A stretch of 64,000 nt of DNA, taken from positions 1-64,000 of IMG/VR virus record IMGVR_UViG_3300037511_000125. The stretch is one strand, 5' to 3'. The first letter of the stretch is position 1; each line of letters opens with the position of its first letter. This DNA comes from a virus. The translations under genes were made by a program, and so were the position numbers. The notes below the pieces were generated by a model. It was not told where the DNA came from, ran no database searches, and was given only the letters and a program-made list of their open reading frames with translations. This document shows positions 42,877 to 50,881 of the stretch, piece by piece.

Positions 42877-43453
42877 GCCGCCAACAAACACTTATTGGAC
42901 CATCCGGCACAACTTCAACGGCGAACTCTGGCCGCGCCTTTGGCCCACTGAGGCCGATGCCTGGAAGATGCTAGAGAAAGAAACCGGGTTCACGAAAGCG
43001 GAAGTTGCGGCAAAGTGCAACTGGTCGATGGTCCAAGTCAAGCTTTCGTTGGTTGCGGAGGTGGTTCATGAGATTCAGCCTCAAGTTATCCGGGTGGATA
43101 CTCCTGTTCGGACAATTCCCGATGAATTGCATCAGTTCGGCAACGTGCTGGACGCATCCACGTACGCGCTACCATCTGGCGTCTATTTTCTTTACCTGAA
43201 GGGCGCCTTGCAATACATAGGTCAGTCAGCCGAGCCGTCGAACAGGTTGGTCAACCACAGAAAAGCAGGGAAGGTCTTTGATCGCGTTTTCCTGCTGCCA
43301 GTGCCTTCATTCATGCTCGCTCGCGTCGAGGGCGCAATGATTCGGAAGTTTCGTCCACCGCTTAACATCGTGATCGCCCAGATGGGCGGCGAATCGGACG
43401 ATGAGACATCGGCGTGGCTGAGTAAGCCGCTACTAGAGGTGTGTGATGAATGA
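42863..43453 (+). CDS. protein with a C-terminal GIY-YIG/T5orf172-like domain
   Basis: ...GVYFLYLKGALQYIGQSAEPSNRLVNHRK...VEGAMIRKFRPPLN. Start uncertain. Confidence 0.5.
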   Translation: MPLAKPPTNTYWTIRHNFNGELWPRLWPTEADAWKMLEKETGFTKAEVAAKCNWSMVQVKLSLVAEVVHEIQPQVIRVDTPVRTIPDELHQFGNVLDASTYALPSGVYFLYLKGALQYIGQSAEPSNRLVNHRKAGKVFDRVFLLPVPSFMLARVEGAMIRKFRPPLNIVIAQMGGESDDETSAWLSKPLLEVCDE

Positions 43454-43661
43454 TTCAATGTTTCTCGATGACGATGCACTGACGGAGTTGACAGGCAAGC
43501 GCCGCAATTCCGCACGCGTCCGCGTCCTCAATACAATGGGCGTGCACCACAAGATCCGGCCCGATGGTTCGGTGGCCGTGCTGCGCGCCCATGTCGATCG
43601 ATTATTTGGCGAGAAAGCCGCCAAGTCTAAAATGGAGACTTGGCAACCCGCCTGGAGCTGA
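43443..43661 (+). CDS. xis: excisionase-like protein (DUF4224-type)
   Basis: ...LDDDALTELTGKRRNSARVRVLNTMGVHHKIRPDGSVAV... sits directly upstream of int. Confidence 0.6.
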   Translation: MMNDSMFLDDDALTELTGKRRNSARVRVLNTMGVHHKIRPDGSVAVLRAHVDRLFGEKAAKSKMETWQPAWS

Positions 43662-43663
43662 GA

Positions 43664-44725
43664 ATGCCACGCCCACGAAACAAGGAAAACAACGGGCTGC
43701 CGAAGCGCTGGAAACTGCATCACGGGGCGTACTACTACCTTGTCCCGATTGGGTTGGAAGCCGCGTGGGACGGCAAGAAGAAGTTCAGGCTTGGCGCGAC
43801 GTTACCCGAAGCATACGCAGTGTGGGCGGAGCGGGTAGGGCGGCTGGACAAAATCCGCAATGTTGGCCAGCTTCTCGAACAGTACGCAATGGAAGTCATC
43901 CCGACGAAAGCCCCGAGCACGCAGACGCAGAACACCGCCGCACTGAAACCCCTTCTCGAGCATTTCGCACCAGCGCCATTGAACGGGCTGGAGCCGACCG
44001 TGATTTATGCCTATCTCCGCAAACGCGGCAAGGAAGGCTCGAAGACAGGCGCGAAACGGGAGGTAGAGGTACTGTCTCACGCGCTCACGAAGGCTATCGA
44101 GTGGGGCTACATCAAGGCTCACCCGTTCGCGTGGCAGATGCGAATCGAAGGTGATGCGCCGCGCGATCGGTACGTCGAGGACTGGGAGCTGGAGGAATGC
44201 CTTTCTTTGAAGTCGCGTCGGAAGAAGGGCAGCGTCCAGGCGGCGCAAGCCTACATCCGAATCAAGCGCATCACCGGAATGGCTCGCGGCGACTTGCTCC
44301 GGCTGAAACCCGGCGAATTCACCGACGAGGGTATTCCGATCCAGCGCCGCAAGACCGCGAAGAAGACCGGCAAGCGGACTTTGTACCTGTGGACTGACGA
44401 GTTGCGCGCAGCGGTTGCGGACGCCATCGCGGCCCGACCTGTCGATATTTCACCTTGGCTGTTCTGCACGCTGAAGGGCGAATGCTATATCGACGAGAAG
44501 ACGGGCAGAGCAGGCGGATGGGAATCGCTGTGGCGCGGATTCATGGCTCGCGTGATGAAGGAAACAAAGGTGAAAGAGCGATTCACCGAACACGACATTC
44601 GAGCCAAGACGGCCAGTGACGCGGATAGTCTTGAACACGCACAAGCGCTTTTGTCGCATGCCGACAGCCGAACGACGAACCGCGTTTACAGACGGAAGGC
44701 GGAGCGCGTAAAACCGCTGCGGTAA
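43664..44725 (+). CDS. int: tyrosine integrase
   Basis: ATG 43664 (MPRPRNKENNGLPKRWKLHHGAYYY...). C-terminal catalytic region ...HDIRAKTASD...LSHADSRTTNRVYRR. Confidence 0.9.
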   Translation: MPRPRNKENNGLPKRWKLHHGAYYYLVPIGLEAAWDGKKKFRLGATLPEAYAVWAERVGRLDKIRNVGQLLEQYAMEVIPTKAPSTQTQNTAALKPLLEHFAPAPLNGLEPTVIYAYLRKRGKEGSKTGAKREVEVLSHALTKAIEWGYIKAHPFAWQMRIEGDAPRDRYVEDWELEECLSLKSRRKKGSVQAAQAYIRIKRITGMARGDLLRLKPGEFTDEGIPIQRRKTAKKTGKRTLYLWTDELRAAVADAIAARPVDISPWLFCTLKGECYIDEKTGRAGGWESLWRGFMARVMKETKVKERFTEHDIRAKTASDADSLEHAQALLSHADSRTTNRVYRRKAERVKPLR

Positions 44726-44729
44726 AGCG

Positions 44730-44975
44730 TCAAAAGTGGGTTATTCGCGATGCTCGATGCTCGAAATATAAGGGCTTTTCGGGATGTTTTAGATTAAAAT
44801 ATAACCCACATGCATTACGCGTTTGCCTTATGTGTAGCGGCAAGCGGGCCGAACCTTGTACCGGTTAATAGCCTATCCGGGGTTCGAATCCCCGTCTCTC
44901 CGCCATTGATACACAAGGGTTTGCGACCGGTCACTTGGCGCATGTGGGTTATAAAACGGCCTTCGGGTTATTCAA
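44730..44975 (+). other. attP-like region: tRNA-like core flanked by arm-type repeats
   Basis: GTGGGTTAT at 44736-44. A 13-bp perfect inverted pair, ATAACCCACATGC 44801-13 and GCATGTGGGTTAT 44940-52. GGGTTAT at 44965-71. Core at 44861-44905. Confidence 0.55.
44861..44905 (+). other. 3' fragment of a tRNA-Ser-like gene (T-arm, acceptor 3' strand, CCA); not a complete tRNA
   Basis: CGGGG-TTCGAAT-CCCCG TCTCTCC G CCA ends at 44905. No matching GGAGAGA 5' acceptor strand lies upstream. Confidence 0.5.
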
Positions 44976-45460
44976 ATGTCCGTTTCCGCCAGTCCATATG
45001 CGTTAAATTCGGGCTTGAAAGCGGCAATGTATAGTTGCTCCAGCCGTTCCTGTTCAAGGCCGGTCGCGGCAACTGTATGCACCTTGTCAAAGTCAATCCG
45101 ATTATTGCGGACGTGAGTGCCGATGCGCGTGAAGATGTTGTCGGATCTCCCGACATAGACTATTCGATCACCTCGCAACAAAAAATACACTCCAGCCCGA
45201 TGAAGTAATCCCGCGCTTGCTGCGATGTGTTCCGCCGTCATCATCGCTCGGCTTACTTCATCTGCCGCAGCGCTTTCTTGTGCGGACATCATTTTCCCGA
45301 ATATCTCGCGAGCCTCGTCCAACGTCTTGCCAAGCAGAAACTTGCGCTTGTGATTCCAGTACTTCTCGGCGCCAGGCGGAACCAGATAATAGTAGGCTCC
45401 ATGGTGAAGCTTCCAGCGCTTGGGTAGATCTAGGTTCTCCGGGTTTCTGGCTCGAGGCAT
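44972..45460 (-). CDS. chimeric protein: integrase N-terminal (arm-binding-like) segment fused to a GIY-YIG/T5orf172-like domain
   Basis: The first 51 aa are 36/51 identical to the Int N-terminus (hand alignment). The C-terminus reads ...GVYFLLRGDRIVYVGRSDNIFTRIGTHVR...LEQLYIAAFKPEFN. Confidence 0.55.
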   Translation of the reverse strand: MPRARNPENLDLPKRWKLHHGAYYYLVPPGAEKYWNHKRKFLLGKTLDEAREIFGKMMSAQESAAADEVSRAMMTAEHIAASAGLLHRAGVYFLLRGDRIVYVGRSDNIFTRIGTHVRNNRIDFDKVHTVAATGLEQERLEQLYIAAFKPEFNAYGLAETDI

Positions 45461-45521
45461 AGGATAATCTCAAGGTTTCGACTGCCATATTGTAGCCGAA
45501 AAGGTGTGTATAATGTGGTGT

Positions 45522-45653
45522 ATGAAACGCACAAACATTTTCCTCCCGGAGCAGTTGATAGAGCGCCTAAAAGCGCTCGCGGAGAAGACCGGATTATCGG
45601 TTGCAGAGCACATCCGAAGGGCTATCGATGAATATTTGAAGCGGCAGAAATAG
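45522..45653 (+). CDS. ribbon-helix-helix (CopG/Arc-like) protein, 43 aa
   Basis: MKRTNIFLPEQLIERLKALAEKTGLSVAEHIRRAIDEYLKRQK. TATAAT at 45509-14 lies only 7 nt upstream, so the mRNA may be leaderless. Confidence 0.5.
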   Translation: MKRTNIFLPEQLIERLKALAEKTGLSVAEHIRRAIDEYLKRQK

Positions 45654-45700
45654 CGGCGAATAGCGCCCGCAATCTCCGCGCATTGTGCGACGATTTCCCC

Positions 45701-46336
45701 ATGAAACCGCCCGCCCTCACGCACCCCATCGAAGCCGCTGATTTGATGCACGCCACACTTCGACGGACGCCCTTCAGCGACCCCGACTGGCTGTTCGAAT
45801 GGAAGTACGACGGCTATCGCTGCCTGGTCCGCAAGTCTCGCGAGGTCGAACTAATCTCGCGCAATGGGAATCTGTTGAACGCTTCGTTTCCTGACATCGT
45901 GCAGGCGGTCGCAGAGGTTCCGGGTGGCTTCGTTTGGGACGCTGAGCTGTGCGTCGGATCGGGCCGAGGTGCCGAGTTCGCATTGCTCCATCAACGGGCC
46001 AAGACCGTATCAGCGAAGAACGTACCGGCAGCAGCAAGGCGATGCCCTGCGAGGCTGTACGTCTTCGACATGCTGGCGAACAAGCGAGACTTGCGCGGGC
46101 TGCCGCTGATCGAGCGGAAAGCGATCCTGCGCGACTCGTTCGAGGACTCGGATACGCTATCGTTTGTGAGCGGGATTATTGGCGATGGGATTGCGGTGTT
46201 CGGGCTGGTGAAGCAGCACAAGTTTGAAGGCATGTTGGCGAAGCGGCTCGCGTCGACATATCAACGAGGTCGGACGCGGGATTGGTTTAAGGTTAAGTGG
46301 GGCGGGTATAGCAGGCGCGCAGCGGATGCTGGCTGA
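45701..46336 (+). CDS. ATP-dependent DNA ligase-like nucleotidyltransferase domain without an OB domain
   Basis: Motif I EWKYDGYR, III FVWDAEL, IV LYVFDML, V EGMLAKR...RDWFKVK. The ORF stops about 12 aa after motif V. Confidence 0.7.
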   Translation: MKPPALTHPIEAADLMHATLRRTPFSDPDWLFEWKYDGYRCLVRKSREVELISRNGNLLNASFPDIVQAVAEVPGGFVWDAELCVGSGRGAEFALLHQRAKTVSAKNVPAAARRCPARLYVFDMLANKRDLRGLPLIERKAILRDSFEDSDTLSFVSGIIGDGIAVFGLVKQHKFEGMLAKRLASTYQRGRTRDWFKVKWGGYSRRAADAG

Positions 46337-46416
46337 TTGAGGGGTGGCCGTCCCCGGTGAGAGGACGGCGATTTACAGCGAATTACCTGTATTGCGAAAA
46401 AACAGCTTTTGGGCTG

Positions 46417-47025
46417 TTAAGCGGCTTCCGGCTCACTCCCAATCGCCAGGGCCTCAATGACCCGCTCAATCGCATGATCCCGCGCATTCGGAATGGGAAG
46501 TAGCGCCGAGCCAATGTGCGTTAGCAGAGCGGCATGCGGCCAGCCAGGCGGAACATCGGGCACGATGTCATTGCCGTTCTTGTACAGATGCACCGGCACT
46601 TTCGCGAGCAGCGTGCGGATGGCGATATCAGTGCTTACGCGCGGCGGTTCGAAGGCGTAGACGGCCACTGGCGGCTTCCCGGCAAGCGTCAGCGTTACAG
46701 CTGCCATAATCGCGAGCGCGCCGCCGAGGGAATGCCCAACCAGTGTCACGGGCTGATCGCCGATCGCCTTCAGCACATCGCCCGAGATGGCTTGCCACGC
46801 TAGCCAGAAGCCCCGATGCACATTTCCGGCGCGCAGTACCGGCACGGTCGTTACGTCCAGATCCGTGATCCAGCCGTCGAGGTTTTCGGTTCCCGTGAAG
46901 GCGATGCACAGGCCATCATCCGTTTGCCGAACGATGGCCTGCGAGGCGCTACCGTCAAGGCCGATATCTGGCTTGGCAGAGTAGGCCTCTTGAGCCAGCA
47001 ATGCGTAGCCGTGCGCGTCCATCAC
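46417..47025 (-). CDS. class 3 lipase / alpha-beta hydrolase
   Basis: Nucleophile elbow GHSLGGALA. ...NGNDIVPDVP... and ...DHAIERV... are candidate Asp/His sites. No signal peptide. Confidence 0.8.
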   Translation of the reverse strand: MMDAHGYALLAQEAYSAKPDIGLDGSASQAIVRQTDDGLCIAFTGTENLDGWITDLDVTTVPVLRAGNVHRGFWLAWQAISGDVLKAIGDQPVTLVGHSLGGALAIMAAVTLTLAGKPPVAVYAFEPPRVSTDIAIRTLLAKVPVHLYKNGNDIVPDVPPGWPHAALLTHIGSALLPIPNARDHAIERVIEALAIGSEPEAA

Positions 47026-47513
47026 GCCACCGGCTCAGACGCAACAACCGGAGCCGAAGCCGGAGCGGGCGACGATGCGCCAGCCTGCGCCGCTTGCTGT
47101 TGCGCGATGAGCGTCAGCACTTGCGACAGAACCGGTTGAGCCGCCATCAAACCGATCAGGATTGCCGGCTGATTCGGAATTGCCGGGATCGATGCAACGA
47201 GCGTGATAAGCGCGGGAAACAGAGTCGCATTGAGCGTCTGCAGATCGTTCGCGTCAATTTCACCGTTGGCTGCGCAGACTGCCGTGTTAACGGTGAGGAT
47301 TTGCGAGACGAGCGCCTGTTGGTCTGCGTTAAGCAGCGCAGCAGCGGCCGGTTGCGTGAGCAGCTTGAGCTGGGCGTTCACCGAGGGGCAGAAGTCGGCG
47401 ACCAACTGTTGCGGCTGAATGACGAGATGCGATTGCGAGCCTGTCGAAGCGCAGCCTGCAAATGCAACGCACGCGACGAGGCCAGCCAGAACTGCGGCGA
47501 GTTTGGATTTCAT
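47022..47513 (-). CDS. lipoprotein
   Basis: MKSKLAAVLAGLVACVAFAGC contains a lipobox. ATGA overlap with the lipase gene. Confidence 0.7.
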   Translation of the reverse strand: MKSKLAAVLAGLVACVAFAGCASTGSQSHLVIQPQQLVADFCPSVNAQLKLLTQPAAAALLNADQQALVSQILTVNTAVCAANGEIDANDLQTLNATLFPALITLVASIPAIPNQPAILIGLMAAQPVLSQVLTLIAQQQAAQAGASSPAPASAPVVASEPVA

Positions 47514-47536
47514 TGGTGAGCCTTTACGGGAGAGGT

Positions 47537-47725
47537 CTAGAACTTCCAGCGAGCGCTGGCTTTTACTTGCGCGCCGTTATTGCCCTTCACGACAGAAAGG
47601 CTTAGGCGGGTAGAGGGCGGGATTTCGGCGTAGACGATCAGGCCGGGTTGGATGTCGTATTGCTTGTCGATCGCGGGAAGAACCTGGACGTGCGAAACGA
47701 GCAGCCAGAGGGTTGCGGCGATCAC
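47537..47725 (-). CDS. small signal-anchored protein
   Basis: MIAATLWLLVSHVQVLPA..., ending in ...SARWKF. Confidence 0.4.
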   Translation of the reverse strand: MIAATLWLLVSHVQVLPAIDKQYDIQPGLIVYAEIPPSTRLSLSVVKGNNGAQVKASARWKF

Positions 47726-47940
47726 TGTGCAGCCGGAGCCGCGGGAGCCTTCGCCGCACCGCGAGCAGCGACAACCTTGCTCACGTAATGCGCGCCGGCC
47801 ACGATCAGCACGACGACAGCGCTTTGCACGTCAGCGGGCAGCATTGCGTGAAACAGGCTGGCAACGTACGAGACGACAGGGGCGACGACGGCGCCAGCGC
47901 CGACAGCGGTGGCGGTAGAGAGGGGCGAATTCGAGTTCAT
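47722..47940 (-). CDS. two-TM small membrane protein (holin-like)
   Basis: The segments AVGAGAVVAPVVSYVASLF and SAVVVLIVAGAHYVSKVV are hydrophobic. Confidence 0.5.
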   Translation of the reverse strand: MNSNSPLSTATAVGAGAVVAPVVSYVASLFHAMLPADVQSAVVVLIVAGAHYVSKVVAARGAAKAPAAPAAQ

Positions 47941-48527
47941 AGATGCTCCGGGTCGTGATGGATAACTTCATCGGGGCTGAACTGATAGCCCTCGACGGCG
48001 TACTTCGTGAACAGCCACACAGGAAGGGGCAACCTGTGTAATCCCTCGTCCTTTCCGATATGCGCGCCGGCGCCGAGCAACAGACCGTTCACGGTCATAT
48101 CGTCGACGAAGGTGTATGGATCAAACGGGTCGGCCGACAGGAATGAATCCCAATCGAACGCCTGCGCGTGCGGACCCCACAGACCACGCTTGCAGTCTTC
48201 AGCGAAGCGCGGCCAGTCCCATGCAGTCGCGAAGCAGCGTTCTACGGGGTGGTGGTGGGCTTGGAGGGGTGCGCCGAGTTCTTCGGCCGTCATATTGGTG
48301 ACGAAGCACCGGCCACCCTCGCGCTCGATCAGCGCTTTACGGGTCCGCTTGAATAGCGAAGTCGTGGTGCGCTCTTCATGGCCAGGGACGAAGTAATCTG
48401 CCGTGATCGTGTCTTTGAGTTCGTGTGTTTGTTCGACGGACATAGATTTGGATACCCGTGCAAGCCCCTCCTGCATGCACGAATGACAGGCGTGCTCAAG
48501 CGGCACGCCATGGGAGCAACGGGGCAT
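47937..48527 (-). CDS. hypothetical protein (weak HNH-like His/Cys motifs)
   Basis: I start it at ATG 48527, because the longer track ORF would run through a terminator hairpin. Contains ...GGRCFVTN...LQAHHHP... Confidence 0.4.
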   Translation of the reverse strand: MPRCSHGVPLEHACHSCMQEGLARVSKSMSVEQTHELKDTITADYFVPGHEERTTTSLFKRTRKALIEREGGRCFVTNMTAEELGAPLQAHHHPVERCFATAWDWPRFAEDCKRGLWGPHAQAFDWDSFLSADPFDPYTFVDDMTVNGLLLGAGAHIGKDEGLHRLPLPVWLFTKYAVEGYQFSPDEVIHHDPEHL

Positions 48528-48535
48528 GATTTGGG

Positions 48536-48563
48536 CAAAAAGAAAGCCGCGCGAGGGCGGCTT
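48536..48563 (-). terminator. rho-independent terminator downstream of the lysozyme gene
   Basis: Minus strand AAGCCGC-ccucgc-GCGGCUU followed by UCUUUUU. Confidence 0.6.
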
Positions 48564-48719
48564 GTGGGGGGGGGAGGGCTTATACCCTCGAAACGAATCG
48601 CGGGGTATAAGCGAAATCGCTTGTAAGGGATGAAAGGCACGCGTAGAGTGGACTTGCGCGTTATTGAGCAAGTGGCGCGCACCCAAGGCTTCGCTGGCGT
48701 GTGCTAGCGGGGCCGTTTT

Positions 48720-49172
48720 TTATGTCGGCATCACGCCGTCTTCCATTGCGCGGGCCAGTCGCTTTGCGCGGTCACCGACCTGTTTGGCCCAGATCGAATT
48801 GAGCATCGCCGCGGCGGCCACCGCATACGAACCGCGTTGCATCGCGCCGAGAGCGTTCTTGAACGTCAGCAGCTTCCCGACCCCCAGGTTAAACGCCATA
48901 TTCGCAACGACGCGTTGGCGAACCTCATCGAGATCACGCCACCATGGCAGATTGCGATCGAGGTTTGCGAACACGTCCGCGAGGTCATCGGCGAGCAACT
49001 GGTCGACTTGTGCGTCGGTGAGCGGATAGGCCCAGCTCGTCGGTAGAGGCTTGGCATTGAGGTTATGACCAACCGCAACAGTGTCCCGAGGTGGCGTCGC
49101 CGTGTCTTTGTACGGGAAGCGGCGCACGCCTTCATCGCGGCGCAGCTCTGCCTCAAGAAGCGCAATGTCCAT
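48720..49172 (-). CDS. endolysin, T4-lysozyme-like (GH24)
   Basis: MDIALLEAELRRDEGVRRFPYKDTATPPRDTVAVGHNL has the Glu, Asp, Thr catalytic spacing. Confidence 0.85.
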   Translation of the reverse strand: MDIALLEAELRRDEGVRRFPYKDTATPPRDTVAVGHNLNAKPLPTSWAYPLTDAQVDQLLADDLADVFANLDRNLPWWRDLDEVRQRVVANMAFNLGVGKLLTFKNALGAMQRGSYAVAAAAMLNSIWAKQVGDRAKRLARAMEDGVMPT

Positions 49173-49317
49173 CGCGACCTCACGAATGAAACTTCAAACA
49201 AACGGGGGAGTTTGTATAACTTTTGATACGCAGTAGTCGTTTCTGTGCGAAACGCGCTGGAAATAGCGACTTTTGTGTATCGAGTGTGTGTTTCTGTGTA
49301 TTAGCAGATTTGCTAGG

Positions 49318-49614
49318 TTACTTGTCGGCCTTGCCATCAAGTTTTTCGTCGATGCGCTCGAGCTTCTTGAAGACCGCATTGATCGATTCGCTGAACCGGT
49401 CAATCGCCTTCTCTAAGGCGCTCGAAGTGACGAACGTTTCCGCGCAGTGCAACTTGAACTCCGCGAGGTCATCAGCGCGCTTCTGTAGAGCCAGGTCGTG
49501 CGCTTCCAACTTCTTGTCCAGTTGCGAAATAGATCGCTTCAGCATGCCGCCGAAAACAGCACTAACCAGCGCAACGCCTGCGCATCCGATCTCAACAGCG
49601 GCGGTGTAATCCAT
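49318..49614 (-). CDS. N-terminally anchored coiled-coil protein (i-spanin or holin-like)
   Basis: MDYTAAVEIGCAGVALVSAVFGGML is a TM helix, followed by a long coiled coil. Sits upstream of the lysozyme gene. Confidence 0.5.
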   Translation of the reverse strand: MDYTAAVEIGCAGVALVSAVFGGMLKRSISQLDKKLEAHDLALQKRADDLAEFKLHCAETFVTSSALEKAIDRFSESINAVFKKLERIDEKLDGKADK

Positions 49615-49630
49615 GCAAGTTCCAGGAGAA

Positions 49631-49656
49631 AAGAAAAAAGCCACCGCGAGGGTGGC
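49631..49656 (-). terminator. rho-independent terminator after the P63C gene
   Basis: Minus strand GCCACC-cucgc-GGUGGC followed by UUUUUUCUUUU. Confidence 0.7.
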
Positions 49657-49681
49657 TTGGGTTTGTTGTGGTTGCAGCGGT

Positions 49682-50671
49682 TTATCCGCGGTCTTCTTCG
49701 TCCAGATCCAGCGGGATCGTCTTGCCGAATCTTTGATGGACTCGATTCAGTTTCGAAATGAAGTCTGGGTAGGTGTCCGATAGCTTCATGATCGTGGTCA
49801 CCGAGGCCAGGTGTTCGCGCAGCTTCGGATGACCAATGTCTTGCGTGAGCCGGCGATGCAGATGCGCCTTGCGATCTTCCTTCTTTGCAAAAGACTTCAG
49901 TTCTTCCAGTAGCCCCGGAGCCAACCGCCCATAGACAATATCGTTCGTCAACAGGCCGAAGTATTGCGGCCGGAACTGAGGGTTGTCAGGCGGGTACTTC
50001 AGGCTGCGAAGCCGGAACAGTTCTTCGTAGTAGTCTGGCGGGAAAGTCTTGACGTACGGCTGCAATTCCTTGGCTACGAATTTCTCTAGGATTTGCGCAA
50101 GCGCATCGCGCTCGCGGTCCTTTTGGTAACCAGTCGCTTCGTCGACCAGCGCAATGATGCCAACGCGCATAAGGCCGCGGGCCAAGGTCTGGCACTGCGC
50201 GACGATATGCTCTTGCTGCTTGCCTAATGCGCCGGCATCCCATGCCTCCAGCACCGCATCGACCAAGTCGGTCAGGATCGTGGCCGGATATCCGTTCGCC
50301 GCACTTCCTCCGTGTGGCGGAATGAACTGAATCGGAGATTCCAGGCCGCCCGCCAGAGCCTTGCCAATAAAGGGCTCAAGAGCTTTTGACCCAGTGAAAC
50401 GGCTAATCCGTGCGCCCCCTTCGCTGAGCCCAACCGCAGCCGTCAGACCCATCTGAGTGATAACGCGAGTCCCATCACTCAGCACATAACACGGTATCTC
50501 AACATCACCAATGCGCAACGGACGATCAGCCGATCCGTATGTTGCATGGGGCATTGCCTTCTTGGCCTCGCGCGCATTCACCGCATTTTTAGCCCGCTGC
50601 GCGCGCTGTTCTGGCGTCATCTTCTGCGCCGCCGCTTTGCCGCCTTTTGCTCTTCCCTTCGTTTCAGCCAC
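49682..50671 (-). CDS. P63C-domain protein
   Basis: ...LRIGDVEIPCYVLSDGTRVITQMGL... resembles P63C family members (from memory). Confidence 0.6.
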   Translation of the reverse strand: MAETKGRAKGGKAAAQKMTPEQRAQRAKNAVNAREAKKAMPHATYGSADRPLRIGDVEIPCYVLSDGTRVITQMGLTAAVGLSEGGARISRFTGSKALEPFIGKALAGGLESPIQFIPPHGGSAANGYPATILTDLVDAVLEAWDAGALGKQQEHIVAQCQTLARGLMRVGIIALVDEATGYQKDRERDALAQILEKFVAKELQPYVKTFPPDYYEELFRLRSLKYPPDNPQFRPQYFGLLTNDIVYGRLAPGLLEELKSFAKKEDRKAHLHRRLTQDIGHPKLREHLASVTTIMKLSDTYPDFISKLNRVHQRFGKTIPLDLDEEDRG

Positions 50672-50783
50672 GACAGACTCCCGTTGATGTGGAGCCTAAA
50701 TAATATCTATCTTTTTCATTCTAAGCAAGATACATCAAACAATGTGAGCCGAAGATAGATTGTGTGCGTATAACTATTTTCGC

Positions 50784-50812
50784 TTGACAACCACACCAAA
50801 GGGGTGGATTAT
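50784..50812 (+). promoter_or_regulatory. sigma70-like promoter for the HTH-GT2 moron
   Basis: TTGACA-17 nt-GATTAT in an AT-rich divergent intergenic region. Confidence 0.45.
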
Positions 50813-50881
50813 GCACGCAACAGGGCGGCCTACCGGCAACCCGCCAACTCCGAAAGGAAGATTCGATGATCTACTATTTTC

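Noticed and set aside
44816-44905. A possible complete tRNA gene (tRNA-Ser or Tyr-like).
   Set aside because: Only the T-arm, the 3' acceptor strand and CCA fit. There is no complementary 5' acceptor strand (GGAGAGA) and no convincing D-arm or anticodon arm upstream, so I treat it as the att core fragment.
48566-48640. A G9 homopolymer (48566-48574) and a 9-bp-stem hairpin CTTATACCC...GGGTATAAG (minus-strand reading, about 48581-48613), considered as a possible phase-variation switch.
   Set aside because: They lie in the 3' UTR of the lysozyme gene, upstream of a terminator. They are neither in a coding region nor in promoter spacing that I can define. This is noted only as a sequencing-error-prone tract.
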